Of a DNA stretch of 64,000 nt, positions 39,075 through 52,371 are shown piece after piece. A program made the position numbers and the translations under genes. Numbering within the stretch: position 1 is the stretch's first letter; every line of letters begins with the position of its first letter. The DNA comes from Mobula hypostoma (lineage: Eukaryota). The DNA lies in assembly GCF_963921235.1 (NCBI RefSeq), contig NC_086097.1:222272001-222336000 (forward strand), given 5' to 3'. The notes under the pieces are model-generated. The model was not told where the DNA came from and did no database searches. It was given only the letters and a program-made list of their open reading frames with translations.

Positions 39075-40527
39075 CAGACATCCCACCCTGCAAAAACTCA
39101 TTTCAGGGAGGTAGCACCACCATTTTAGGGATGTAGCACCCTCACCCCCCATATTCCCCCCCCCAGTCAACCTCCAAGGGTGTATGTAATATTTTGTTTA
39201 GTGATTTTGTCTAATCTGTAAACCAAGTTGGGTATATGCAGAAAATGTGACATTAAAACATGTACTGATATTATATTATCATGTTTATTCTATTACAACT
39301 TTAAGCCAAGTCTACAGGGAGTTTGGTCTCATAACGTAGGACATCAATAGCGTAACTCCTTAGCAGCCAGCTAGCCAGCTAGTTTAAATAATGTTAGCTA
39401 TGCTAATTAATGAATGACACCTGTTAAACTCATCTCAACATGTCTTTTACATTTTAACCCACCATGGACAATAGAAAAGTCACTGTTGCAAACAGTGCAG
39501 CGAGCAACACTGTCATTATTTTTGAGGTCGACTGTGAAGCCCGCCCACAGAGAAAACTGATAGGTCTACTTAGCAGGGGACCCCAACTTTATTTGCACCG
39601 CGGGCTGGTTTAACATTGACAATATTCTTGCGGACCGGCCGACCCGGGGGGAGGGTGTATTAATCACGACCAGAATATAGGTGATAAGTCAACTACAAGT
39701 CACTAATAAGTGGCTAATACACTCAATTTCATTTCTAAAAAGTTTCTCTAACGAATTTAATATTAAACACACGGCGCATATTTTCCTCGCAAGAATATAA
39801 TGATGTCAATTATAAGTCAATAGCATCATAACATTTTAAGCAATGTTTGGATATTAAACACACAGCGCATATTTTCCTCGTATGAACATATAAAATCAGT
39901 GCAACACACCAATATCGCTGAATCAGTGGGAGCCCTGGGCTTGTTTTCCTGCAACAAGACGGTCCTATCGAGGGGTGATGGGAGACAGCGATACTCGAAG
40001 GGGGTTCCTTATGTCCAGTTTATTCCACAATTTAGTTTTCGTTGCATTCAATACAGAAAACTCCACTTCGCAGAGATATGTTGGAAATGGAAGCAACGTT
40101 TTCAGTGCTTTTATGGCTATCTCAGGATATTCAGCCTTGAATGTGATCCAGAATGCCGGCAGAGATGTTATGTCAAACATACTTTTCAGCCCGCTATCAT
40201 CTGCGAGCTCGAGGAGTTGATCTTCTTCCCGCGCTGACATGGATGACGCGTGCGTAATAAACTCGCGTGCGTACAAATTCAACAGTGGGCGTGACAGGGA
40301 ATGAGGAAGGGTGCAGCTGACTCACATCACCAAATCATATCATTTCCTCGTGGCCCGGTGGTTGGGGACCACTCTTAGCACGAAGAGAGACCAATCAGGA
40401 TGCTCGCTCTCCCTCTCCCTCTCAAAAAAATCAATTTCCGGGATATTGTATATAATTTCCAGGCATCAGGGAGCCACTATCAATATGTGGGAGACTCCCG
40501 GAACTTCCGGGAGAGGTGGGATGTCTG
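39075..40527. mobile_element. Non-autonomous DNA transposon with 13-bp TIRs
   Basis: CAGACATCCCACC (39075-39087) and GGTGGGATGTCTG (40515-40527) form a perfect inverted pair; flanks TTGTAT/TTGTAG; splits a CR1. Confidence 0.85.
39574..40373 (-). mobile_element. hAT Charlie/Buster-type deletion derivative with transposase C-terminal remnant
   Basis: Ends CAGGGGACCCCAAC and GTTGGGGACCACT; flanks ctacttag and cttag; ORF 39965-40282 (FW...EYPEIA...LLPFPTYLCE..FS...KTK) resembles the hAT dimerization domain. Confidence 0.85.
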
Positions 40528-42575
40528 TTGTAGGCCCTCTCCTTTGCTTTTACATTAGCTTTGACTTCCCTTGTCAGCCACGGTTGTACTATTTTGCCGT
40601 TTGAGTACTTCTTTGATTTTGGAATACATCTATTGTGCACCTTCCTCATTTTTCCCAAAAACTCGCACCATCATCCCTGCCAGCAGCTCCTTCCAATTTA
40701 CTTGGCCAGTTCTTCTCTTATAATCCATAAGTCCACAAGTGATGTCCAAAGTAAAATCCATAAGTGGTATGGAGTTGGAGAAGGTAAACCAGGAGTACTT
40801 AAAACAAACCTACAAACCTTATAAAATATCTAAGCATATTTAAGAGAGCTTGTAAATTATGGCCCACCACTCACCCCTCAACTGATGAATCAATACTATA
40901 CAATAGGTAGGATTGAAGGTACTCTGAATTGGATATTTAGTGGCTTGCAAGCAATACTACTGACTAAATAGCGCAAATCCTGAAGGGCACTGCTGTCATA
41001 CTAAGCTTTCTTCTGTTAAAACAACTAACAAAAGAGGTAATTCCATTTTGTCTAAAGATTGTCTATCAATTACAGATGCCTCCTAAAATAATATTGTCAG
41101 GATTTCTCATCATACATTCATAGATTGCATAATGTTCCTCCTCCTCAATGAAAATTGTTCAACTGTGTCAGAAGTAAATGGAATAAATTCAGCACAAGAC
41201 TGAACATCTTAAAATTAATTAGCCTTGATGTGATGAGGACCACCAGCAGCAGAAATATATGGAATTATGATCCTAAAGATTATCCATCGCCTCACTTTAC
41301 CATAAATATCAAATCTGGAAAATAGAACTTTTTCCGTCAAGACAGTAGAAGAGTACGCTTGAGGTAACACATGGCGTCTATAGAATGAAGCTAACTTATG
41401 AAGCTACAACACATCCACATAAATGCTAAACGTGGAGTCTGCCAGCTGCAGAATGGTAAATGAAGATGGTCAAATCTTTACAATCCTACAACATGCAGTC
41501 ATGAATTGTGATCCCTCAGTTAAAAAGAAAATAATGCCAGAGCCCAGCAAGCAAGTACACAAGACTGAAGACAAGTAATATAACCTCGCTGGGTTTTCTC
41601 TTGAGGTCTGCCTTCTGGTAGAAACCACTTTTCAGTTAATTCAATTCACTTCACTAGACATCAAGAAATAATTGACTGCGCTCAAAATAGTGAAATCTAT
41701 GAGCTTCAATAATATTTTAACGACAATACTGTTTGTCATTTGTGCTTGAGTTTCAGAACTAACCATATACTTAACAAGCTTCTGTAGTCAGACTAGAAAT
41801 TATCTGCATGCTGAGAAATATACTGAACTTATTCAGGTAGAGAGCAATAGTCCTCACTAAGTTTCCCTACTGTGCTGCTGTGATTGTTGCACATGCAACA
41901 ATCTTTAAGGAATCCAAATGGAAGAGCCTCTCAGAATCTGTAACATCCAGAATTAACAAAAACAAACTCAACTAAATCATCATTTGACATCGCATTTAGG
42001 TATATCTTGAATCAAAACAGAAATATAATAATTGATTACCCTTGTGCATATTCTAGTGCCTATTTTATCCTTGACTGTTCTACTGCATGTATGATGTGTT
42101 TGTTCATGATCAAATAAACTGAAAGTTGCCACCTTGAAGTGATTGATATTATTGATGGCTCTGAAAGTTAACCCTGAGTGGCTACGTCAAGATGAATAGA
42201 CTCTGTACTCTTTATCCAGCAAGATGAATAGGTCTTGAATTATACAATCTCACAATAAGCAGCACCTGCAGTTTGGAGTATTTCCACCTTACAGGCATTT
42301 AGAAAGACACTAGCCCAAGTGAGAAAGCTGGCAAAGAAAGACTGATCATTAGCGTACAATGAAAATAAAGATTCAGCTAATGGATGCTGTTTGATAGTTA
42401 GGTCTGCAAGTATAAGAATGGAGCAGGCCATCACTTGCATATTCAGACTCCATACAGAATCTTGTGCAACCAAGCAGTTTCATTTTTCCCCACCATGCAC
42501 CTTGGCATTTCAAAATAGGTTTTCAGATAGACTTAGCAGTGCCCTGGACCTTAGCTAAGTGCTAAGGCAATAAAC

Positions 42576-44352
42576 ATCATAAGACCACAAGATATAGGAG
42601 CAGAAATAGGCCATTTGGCCCATCAAGTCTGCTCTGTTATTTCATCATGGCAAATCCAATTTTCCTCTCAGCCCTAATCTCCCGCCTTCTCCCCATATCC
42701 CTTCATGCCCAGAATCTATCAACCTCTGCCTTAAAAATACATAAAGATTTGGCCTCCACAGGTGCCTGTGACAAAGAATTCCACAGATTCACCACTCTCT
42801 GGCTAAAGAAATAGCTCCTCATCTCTGTTTAAAAAGGATGCCTCTCTATTCTGAGGCTGTGCCCTCTGGTCTTAGACTTGCACACCATAGGAAACATCCT
42901 CCCCACAACCACTCTATCAAAGCATTTCATCATTCAATAGGTTTCACTGAGATTACCCCTCATTCTTCTGAATTCTAGTGAATACAGACCCAGAGCCATC
43001 AGGCACTCTTCATATGACAAGCCATTCAATCCTGGAATCATTTTCGTGAGCCTCCTTTGAACCCTCTCCGGTTTCAGCACATCCTTTCTAAGATAAGGGG
43101 CCAAAACTCCTCACAATACTCTAAATGAGGCTTCACCAGTGCTTAATAGTTTCAACATTACATCCTTGCTTTTATATTCTAGTCCTCTTGAAATGAATTT
43201 GCCTACATTGCATTTGCCTTCCTCGACACAGAATCTACCAGCATATTAATCCTTAGGGAATCCTGCACAAGGATTCCCAAGTCCCTTTGCACCTCAGTTT
43301 TTGTATTTTCTCTCCATTTAGAGACAAAGAATTAACTTCTTCTACCAAAGTGCATGACCATACACTTCCCAACACTGTATTCCAACTTCAATTTCTTTAC
43401 CCTTTCTGCTATCTGTCTAAGTCCTTCTGTAGTTTACTTCGTCAAACTACCTGCCCCTCCATCTATCTTCACATCCTCTGCAAACTTTGTAACAAAGTCA
43501 TCAATTCCATTATCCAAATCATTGACACATAATGTAAAATGTATCAGTCCCAACACAGACTCCTGTGGAACACTAATGACCGGCAGCCAGTCAGAAAAGG
43601 CTCCCTTTACTGGCACTCTTTGCCTCCTGCCAATCAGCCACTGCTTTATCCATGCTAAAATCTTTTCTGTAATACCATGGGCTCGTAGCTTGTTAAGTAG
43701 CCTCACATGCTGCACTTTAAAATCTGCCTTCTAAAATCCAAGTACACATCAACCAATTCTCCGTTGTCTATCCTGCTTATTACTTCTTCAAAGAATTCCA
43801 ACAGATTTGTCAGGGAAGATTTTCCCTTGAGGAAACCATGCTGACTATAGTCTACTTTATCATATGCCTCCAAGTACCCTGAGACCGTATCACTAATAAT
43901 TCACTCCAACACCTTTTCAACCACTAAGGTCAGACTAACTGGCCTATAGTTTCCTTTCTTCTGCCTCTCCCTTCTTGAAGAGTGAAGTGATATTTGCAAT
44001 TTTCCAGTCTGGTGATTCTTGAAAGATCATTATTAATGCCTCCACAATCTCTTCAGACACCACTTTCATAACTCTAGGGTGTACACCATCTGGTCCAGGT
44101 GACTTATTTTCCTTCAGACCTTTCAGTCTCCCCAGGATCTTCTCTCTGGTCATGGTAACTTCAAACACTTTATGCCCCCGACATCTGGAACCTCCACCAT
44201 CCTGCCAGTGTCTTCAACAGTGAAGACTGATGCAAAGTACTTATACAGGTCGTCCGAAATTTCGTTGTTCCCCATTACCTCTCCAGCATCGTTTTCCAGT
44301 GGTCCAATATCCACTCTCGCCTATCTTTTACACTTTATGTATCTGAAAAAAC
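42576..44352 (-). mobile_element. 5'-truncated CR1
   Basis: cataagaccacaaga tail; minus ORFs 43434-43715 and 43944-44168 (KSPGPDG, WKIANIT). Confidence 0.9.
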
Positions 44353-45240
44353 TCACAATAAGCATTGTTCCTCCTGCTGTTCTTCCCCGGTCCATTGTAG
44401 TAAAGACTGTGGTCCAATGTTATAACAATTATAAACCATGCAACGAATGATTATAAGCACCATCTTAAACTCTGTCCAGGATATGAAGCACTATCTCAGA
44501 ATGGTACTTGCATCTTATTGCATTTCTACGGCAGCATGGTAGATATGGGCCAGCTCTTCTGCCTTTAGTTTGCTGACAGGTGTCATGAGTTAATTCTGAA
44601 TTCTATAGCTTTGTCGATACTAGTCAGCCAGCTACCTGATGATAGAAGACAAACAGCACAGAAAGCAGATGATAAAAGGGTCTTAACTGCCAGTCAGAAA
44701 CCAGCATATACCTGCAAAATCTATTTCCTATGGTTAAAAGAGAAAGCAACACTGAAAGAGTAGAATTTTTCTTTCTATTTGCAATAATTCCAGGTTGCTG
44801 ATGAGAAACGCACAGACTGATATGAATGCAAATTATGTCATTTTGAACCTTAGCACAGGTTGCCATGTGTACAACTCCTTGTGCTCCCTCAGCTTGCTTC
44901 CTACTGTTAATGGGCTATGATATTTAGTGCCTTGGTCAATATCTCATACAAGAGTAGATGACAAAGTGGAAGATAAAAACTCTTGCAGCCTGTAGCATAA
45001 AATTTAGGGAATACTACCGATCAGACAAACTGGCACAAAATATAACTTACCATTTTATTCCATTATTGCTGCTTGGTTTCTCTGGAAGTTACTGCTAAAA
45101 ACTCTGGTAAGACCTTGAGCAATGCTAGTCGAATCCATACAGGTTTTTTCTTTTTCTTTTCCAGACCTCATAGATAAACTGTGTCTCAAACTGAGGACTA
45201 AGGAGAGACAACTGAGGCCGCAAGTCTGGATGGGCAGAAA

Positions 45241-45990
45241 GTTAAGTCAAGTCCAGTCAAGTCACTTTTTATTGTCATTTTGACCGTAACTGCTGGTACA
45301 GTACACAGTAAAAACGAGACAACGTTTTTCAGGACCAAGGTGCTACATGAAACAATACAAAAACTACATTGAACTATGTAAAACAACACAAAAACTAGAC
45401 TACAGACCTACCCAAGACTGCATAAAGTGCACAAAACAGTGCAGGCATTACCATAAATAATAAACAAGACAATAGGCACAGTAGAGGGCAGTAGGTTGGT
45501 GTCAGTCCAGGCTCTGGGTATTGAGGGGTCTGATGGCTTAGGGGAAGAAACTGTTACATAGTCTGGTCGTGAGAGCCCCAATGCTTCAGTGCCTTTTGCC
45601 AGATGGCAAGAGGGAGAAGAGTTTGTATGAGGGGTGCGTGGGGTCCTTCATAATGCTGCTTGCTTTACGGATGCAGCATGTGGTGTAAATGTCTGTAATG
45701 GCAGGAAGAGAGACCCCAATGATCTTCTCAGCTGACCTCTCTATCTGCTGCCGGGTTTTGCGATCCGAGATGGTGCAATTTCCGAACCAGGCAGTGATGC
45801 AGCTGCTCAGGATGCTCTCAATACAACCTCTGTAGAATGTGGTGAGGATGGGGGGTGGGAGATGGACTTTTGTCAGCCTTTGCAGAAAGTACAAACCTGC
45901 TGGGCTTTCTTTGCTATGGGGCTGGTGTTGAGGGACCAGGTGAGATTCTCCGTCAGGTGAGCACCAAGAAATCTGGTGCTCTTAACGAAC
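45241..45990 (-). mobile_element. Rex1/Babar LINE 3' fragment
   Basis: ORF 45586-45894 (FYRGCIESILSSCITAWFGNC...DPTHP...LLPSGKR); (TTGAC)n-like tail. Confidence 0.85.
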
Positions 45991-46177
45991 TCTACGGAGG
46001 TGAAAAGATTGTTGTTCATCAAAAATTATTCTTGGATATTTAGAAGCCCAGTATTCAAGGGTGTTAACTAAGGTGATCATGAATTTGGGACATCAGAAAA
46101 GCAGGTTAGATGTGGGTACCACAGGGTAAGGCTTAGTGAGATCCCACAGTCCAATACAGTGCAATCAAAACATTGTT

Positions 46178-47275
46178 GTAAGACCATAAGATATAGGAGC
46201 ACAATTAGGCAATTGGCCCATTGAATCTGTTCCTTTACTTCATCATGGCTGATGCATTTCCTTCTCAGCCCCAATCTCTTGCCTTCTCCCAGTAACCCTT
46301 CATGACCTGATTAATCAAGAATCTATCAACCTCTGCCTTAAATATACCCAATGACTTGGCCTCCACAGCCGCCCGTGGCAATCAATTCCACAGATTCACC
46401 ACTCTCTGACTAGGGAAATTCCTCATCGCTGTTCAAAAAGGACGTCCCTCTATTCTGAAGTTGTGTCCTCTGGTCCTAGACTCCTCCACTGTAGAAAACT
46501 ACTCTATCACGGTCTTTCAACATTCAATAGGTTTCAATGAGGTTACCGTTCATTCTTCTGAATTCCAGCGAGTAGAAGCCCGGAGCCATCAAACGTTCCT
46601 CATAGGACACGCCTTTTAATCCTGGAATCACTTTTGTGAACCCTCTCCAATGTCAGCACATCCTTTCTTAGATAAGGGGCCCAAACCTGTTCACAATACT
46701 CCAAGTGAGCCCTCTCAAAATGGATGCTAACATTGCATTTACCTTTCTGACCACCAAATCAACCGCAAAGTAACCTTCAGAGGAATCCTGCACAAGAAGT
46801 CCCTTTACACCTCAGATTTTTGAATCTTCTCTCCATTTAGAATAGGGGTTCCCAACCTAGCTTCACAGACCCCTCAGTTAATGGTAGGGGTCCATGGCAA
46901 TAAAAAAAGGTTGTGAACCCCTGAATTAGAAAATAATCTACACTTTAATTTCGTCCACCAAATTGCATGACCATACATCTTCCGACATTATTCCAACTGA
47001 CATTTCTTTGTTCATTCTCCTAATCTGTCTAAGTCCTTCTACAGCCTCTCTGCCCCTCCACTTATCTTCATATTGTCTGCAAATTTGGCCACAAAACTAT
47101 CAATTCCATCTTCTAAATCATTGGCATATAATTTAAAAGGAAGTGGTCCCAACACAGACTCCTGTGGAACACCACTAGGTTACCAGCAGCCAACCAGAAA
47201 AGGCTCCCCCATTCCCACTCTTTTTTCTCCTGCAAATCAGCCAATGCTCTCTCCATGTTAGTATCTTTCCTGTAA
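46178..47275 (-). mobile_element. 5'-truncated CR1 containing a MITE
   Basis: taagaccataagatatagg tail and RT-region similarity to the other minus-strand copies. Confidence 0.88.
46843..46923. mobile_element. 81-bp hAT (Charlie-like) MITE
   Basis: TIRs TAGGGGTTCCCAACC and GGTTGTGAACCCCTG; 8-bp TSD ATTTAGAA/AATTAGAA. Confidence 0.8.
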
Positions 47276-47899
47276 GAAAAGTTGTCAGGAAGATAATCCC
47301 ACAGGAGTAGTGTAATTATCTCCGTAATTTTCTAAATGGAATGGTGCACAGATACTGAAATCACTTTATACATATTTCTGAAAGAGACCACATCGGATGT
47401 TTAAGTCTGAGTCACACTAGGAACTGCTGACTCAAATTAGTATGTCATAAAATGATCCACAAATAGTCACCATCTCATACTTCAGTGAGATGTTCTTCAA
47501 GTCTAAAGCCAGATCCCTTAAACCACCTATGAATGCAGTATAACACTTTGAAATGCAGACAAAATTGAGCAAAACCACATCAATTGAAAGGGAATAAAAT
47601 TTAACAAAGGTTCATGAACATTCATAAGAAATGGTAAGTCAGAAGTGCAACAAAATCTAAATTGCAGAAAAATCGTGCAAAGATAATAAAAGGGAAGATC
47701 TGTGACAGAAAAGTTAAAAGCAAATTTAAACAACAAACCAACAACCTGTAAGAATGAGGCACAAAGTAATGTTGCAGAATGACCTGGCCTGATTATTCTG
47801 TGCAAATTTCGTATGATGCAAACCTCAGCTGGGGTATACCAGTATATATAAGATATTATAACAAACACCATGCTACTTTTAATATTTTATAATTTGTCC

Positions 47900-48260
47900 A
47901 CCCTGCTTGGCGACTGTGCCAATCGTGCACGGTCAGTTCAGAACCAGTGCAAATCGCCATCACCGACGCCCGGGCGCCAACGAAAGCCAGGCACGGCTCC
48001 CTTCCTCGACGCTCAGCCAGGACCTGCCACGAGCCACATGGTTTCGCCTCGCCGTCACACGAAACACACCCGCCCCGACGCGCTCCGGGAGCCTGCCGGT
48101 GGGGCGGGCGGCGCATGTGCGTCCCCGGGGCAGAGCGTGGGAGCGGCGGTTTACCGTGCCCCGGGCCGGCTCGTGCGGGCTCCAGCGCCCGCCCGCCCGC
48201 CAGTCAGTCAGTCAGTCTGTCAAGAGGCGGCGCCGCCCTGACGTTGTTCTGCCAGCCGAA
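47900..48260 (+). promoter_or_regulatory. CpG island, candidate KCNB2 promoter or 5' UTR region
   Basis: Abrupt GC/CpG-rich block in AT-rich DNA; CCAAT ~47919, GC box GGGGCGGG ~48101, NRF1-like GCGCATGTGC ~48111, TGACGT ~48239. Confidence 0.7.
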
Positions 48261-48505
48261 GGGATAATGCTGAATGAAAGTGACTGGCCAGCGTCGGAGA
48301 TTAATGCACACCCGCTACTCGCATGTTGTTTTCTATGTAGGTTCGATAATGGAAGGACCTGTGTGAAGACCTGTACGGGTTTATTTTAAAGTGTTCTGTG
48401 TATTTATTTATTGTTTTGGATTTATTCTAGCTGGAAACTCCTTTAATTGACTGATTTAGTATTTGTTTTTTTTAAATCGCTCTCTTTTTTAATAGTCGAG
48501 TTGCC

Positions 48506-49084
48506 ATGGCAGAAAAGATCCCAACGGGGATTGCTAAGAAAGCATCCCGATCCACGGCTTCCCTTCCCCCGGAGCCCATGGAGATAATCAGGAGAAAGAC
48601 TTGTTCCAGAAGGGTTAAAATCAACGTTGGAGGACTTAACCACGAAGTCTTATGGAGGACATTGGAAAGGTTACCCCGGACTCGTCTGGGGAAACTGAGG
48701 GATTGCAACACCCACGAATCCCTGTTGGAGACCTGCGATGATTATAACCTCGATGAAAACGAGTACTTTTTTGATCGTCACCCTGGGGCTTTCACGTCGA
48801 TTTTGAATTTCTACCGAACTGGGAAACTGCACATGATGGAAGAGATGTGCGCCCTGTCCTTCGGCCAGGAACTCGACTACTGGGGCATTGACGAGATCTA
48901 CTTGGAGTCCTGCTGCCAAGCCAGGTACCACCAGAAAAAGGAGCAGATGAACGAGGAGCTGAGGCGGGAGGCTGAAACCATGAGGGAACGGGAAGGCGAG
49001 GAGTTTGACAACTCGTGCTGCCCCAACAAAAGGAAGAAGTTGTGGGACCTGCTGGAAAAGCCCGGCTCCTCTGTGGCCGCGAAG
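48506..49084 (+). CDS. KCNB2: Voltage-gated potassium channel Kv2.2, first coding exon (193 codons: N-terminus and T1 domain)
   Basis: MAEK...[20 protein letters not shown]...[16 protein letters not shown]...LRREAETM matches Kv2.2 rather than Kv2.1 residues as I recall them; Kozak GCCATGG; phase-0 donor AAG|GTAAGG after VAAK; candidate acceptor tttattctAG at 48429-48430. Confidence 0.95.
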
Positions 49085-50664
49085 GTAAGGTGCTGATGGG
49101 ATTCCCCAGGAAGACGCGGTCGGCTTGATCCTGCCGCCAGCAGACTTGCAGGCAGATACAGCTAAGCCTAGAATGAAATAAAGCAGAGTTTAGTTCACTC
49201 TTTTTAATCGAGAAGTATTTTTTTCTTTGCTCATTATAACGGTTATAAACTTCTCAACCATTTTCCATTTCGTACCAGGAAAAGTGTTGGTGCAAGCGAA
49301 TGGTAGGAACAGCGGTGAAATCTGTTGTCATGGTGATTTGAAGGCTTGTAAATACTACTTGAGTTGTTGCAATATTTAATATTTTAAATGGAAACTACGT
49401 AGTTTTTCAGTGGAAGTCGAGAAAAGTTAAAGTATGCCGAAATGATTCGTGTGATTATTTTGATTATTGCAAGAAACAAAGATATGTTTATATAATTATG
49501 TGGTTTACAATTCAACTCATTCGTCTATATCTTTCATTAACATTGCGCTAAAACTTCAGTACACTTGTAAGTGCGTTGCAGTGCTAATTACAGAACCTGA
49601 TGTAATTACAAACCGGATTGATAGAATGAAGACGAGAAGATTAAACGTTTGTTTTACCTTGGAAATTGTCATCCTTGCGTAAGGACGAAATCGGGAGAGT
49701 TATGAATTGGCCCTCGTCCTTAGAAAGCCGTTTTATTATCTGTTTTCATTGTGTAATTTCCTATGTTTGTTTATTTGGTTTCTTATACCCTGGTCCATAA
49801 AAGCAAACAACAATTTTCTTAGCTAATCATTCATATTAAAATACTGTACGCAACGTCTAAATAATTACATGTTGGGCGATCTTGGTACAATTCAACATTC
49901 ATTGTATGCTCGCTAAAATGGGCATTGTAACACTTAGAAGCACCTTTTCTCATTGAACAAAGAAAGAAATGAATGGCTAATGAAAAGAACTCAAGTTCAA
50001 TTCTGGAAATAAAGAGTACTGACTAATTTGCTGCTGTGGTTAGGTGTGCTTTCTTCGCTTAATTTAAAAGCTGGCAATGGAATGAAGGGTGGGTGGTTTG
50101 AAAGTAAACAGGGATGAAATCACAGGGGAAACCATTGCTAACAGTTTACAGCTCATAATATAACTTTGCCTTAATTTCTTTATATAAAATTTGCCAGTGG
50201 TTTCTCAGTTTTTGCACTGTTAAGTCATCCTTATCCCCGTTCTGTTGTTGCATTCTTTCTTCTCTACAATACTGGGTATATTACACTGGTGGTCTGCCAG
50301 CAGTGGGTTCAGGATGTGATTTACATTTGATAATACTCCTATTATGTTACTTGCTTGATAATATGTCATGGCCAACAGAAGGTGGCTATGAGCAATTTGC
50401 CGACAGTTTTTTTTAAATGTTTTGGCAGCACAGATGGTGATATCTGCTTTGTCAAAACACACAGGCAAAAACTGGCTAACTTTATTAGGTACCCAGAAGG
50501 CCCACCTTACTGCCGAAAAAAAATTGTATTGATACCCCACTGGATTTATAATCTATATTGTTCTTGCTGAAGTGGAAAGTCCCACTCGATGATTCAAAAA
50601 TACAGGTTGGCAGTCTACAACTACGGTTATTTTGCAGCTAATATTTCTAACCTATTATTTATGA

Positions 50665-50741
50665 AAGGGGTTCCTCTTGTTTATGCCATGGACTTCTACC
50701 ACTAACCAAGAGGTCCTTGGGCCCCAGGTTGGGAGCCCCTG
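50665..50741. mobile_element. Degenerate copy of the 46843 MITE, opposite orientation
   Basis: AGGGGTTCC...tatgccatggac...GGTTGGGAGCCCCTG; TSD not evident. Confidence 0.6.
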
Positions 50742-52371
50742 ATTGCATTGCACAGTTGCTACCCAAGTTGTGATGTCAATTATGCATTCATGCAGGTCAC
50801 AGTAATGTTGATCAATAAGAGAGTGTGAAACATAAGAAATAATAAGAGGAATAGGTCATGTGATCTATGAGTTCCATAATTTGGAGGCATTAATGTTGAT
50901 CATGTGCCTCCAATAATTTTTCCAATTATTCCCCATATCCTCTGGTTTCCATTAGTGTCAAAACTCTTACTAACTTTTGAAATAGGCTCAATTAGTTTGC
51001 ATTGCCTATTAAGGCAGAGAATTCCAAATATTTTTTCTGCATATAGAAATTTCTTCTTTTCTCAGTTCTAAATGATGAAGCCTTTTATCGTGATACTTTA
51101 TCCTCTTGTTCTGCAGGCAGAAGAAACAACAGTCTCTCCTAGAATCTTGTATGCCAGAATAAGATCAGTTCTTATTTCTCTAACCTCCAACAAATATAAG
51201 CCAGTTGTAAATATATACTACACTGACACCAGAACAAATACTGTCTTTTTCAAATATGGAGATCAAAAGTATATATTATTCAAGTATGATCTTGCCAATA
51301 TTCTGTACACTTTCTTCTGTGCTCCAATTGTCTTGAAAAAAGAGCTATATTCAATTTTTGATTTAATTTTCAATTAATGCCTGTTTTACCTGCATGTTTA
51401 TTTTTAGTGTTTATGAACCATCACATCAAAACCTCTATACTACTGTATTTACTAATTTTCCACCATTTCAGATCGTCGTTTTTCTTCTTCTTTATCATGC
51501 ATTAGCTTCCAGAGGAAACCACAGGGAGAACATATAAACACCTCAAATATAGTACAGAAGATCATGATCAAACCCAGGCAGGAGCAATTAGGCAGCTGTG
51601 CAGTAGTAGTATTATCTAAAATAATCTTAAACGTATTAATAATACCTTCTGAGCCTTGGCTTCCCCATATTAAATAATGTTCAATTCCTGAACGAAAGAG
51701 GAATTCATCTTTTAATCTTTTCATTTTGCTGTCTTTTTGTGGCACTGCTTCATAATATTTGAGGTCCTTGATGTTGAACGAAGTACTCAATGCATTCCAG
51801 AATTCAAGTAGCTATATTTAATATCACCACACAGTTGATTTTTGAAATATCTAATAATATCTCCAAATCTCCTGTGATAATTGTATTATTCTTATGCTAT
51901 TTAGTTTATTTCTCTAATATCATGGCATTATATTTGCTATTAGTGTTTGTCATTCAGCTGCCCTCCTTGCTCTCCAACTTAGACACCGTTATTTGTTCTA
52001 CAAATACCCTTCCCTGATTTGTTGCTGCATCTGCTAACTTATCAGGTCTGTTCCATCTTCAAATTACTTAAATAATTTGACAGGGCAAAAGATATGAAAA
52101 CGAGTAACTTCCTTGAGCTTGCTCTGCCATTCAGTAAAACTGTGCCTGATTTTGAACTTTGCCTGCTTTTCCGCCCATTTCCTTGTCGTTTGATTCCCTT
52201 CAATGTAGAAAAAGAATAACGTCAACTTTTAAATTTTCGCTCACTGGAACCTGCAGCCGAATGTCATAAATGGTTGAACCCTTTTCCTGAGATAATTTCA
52301 TGATGCTAGATTCTTCAGCTTGAAGAAACAATTTTTCAGCATTTATCTTTAGAATTGTATGTGTTGTAATG

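Larger units (their letters stand above)
36360..40715 (-). mobile_element. CR1 LINE hosting several nested insertions
   Basis: Minus ORFs 36342-36671, 36761-37324, 38762-38980 and 40431-40658 are collinear CR1 ORF2 pieces. Confidence 0.9.

Noticed and set aside
47937..47958. REST/RE1 site (TTCAGAACC...)
   Set aside because: The right half-site GGACAG is absent.
47856..48389. Overlapping 86-160-aa ORFs in the CpG island
   Set aside because: Expected from stop-poor GC-rich DNA; no recognisable domain.
48506..49084. Assignment to KCNB1
   Set aside because: MAEK start, [20 protein letters not shown] and RREAETM fit Kv2.2.
48506..49096. Stand-alone 196-aa T1-only protein ending VRC
   Set aside because: The last three codons are read-through of a strong AAG|GTAAGG donor at the position where Kv2 genes have their intron.
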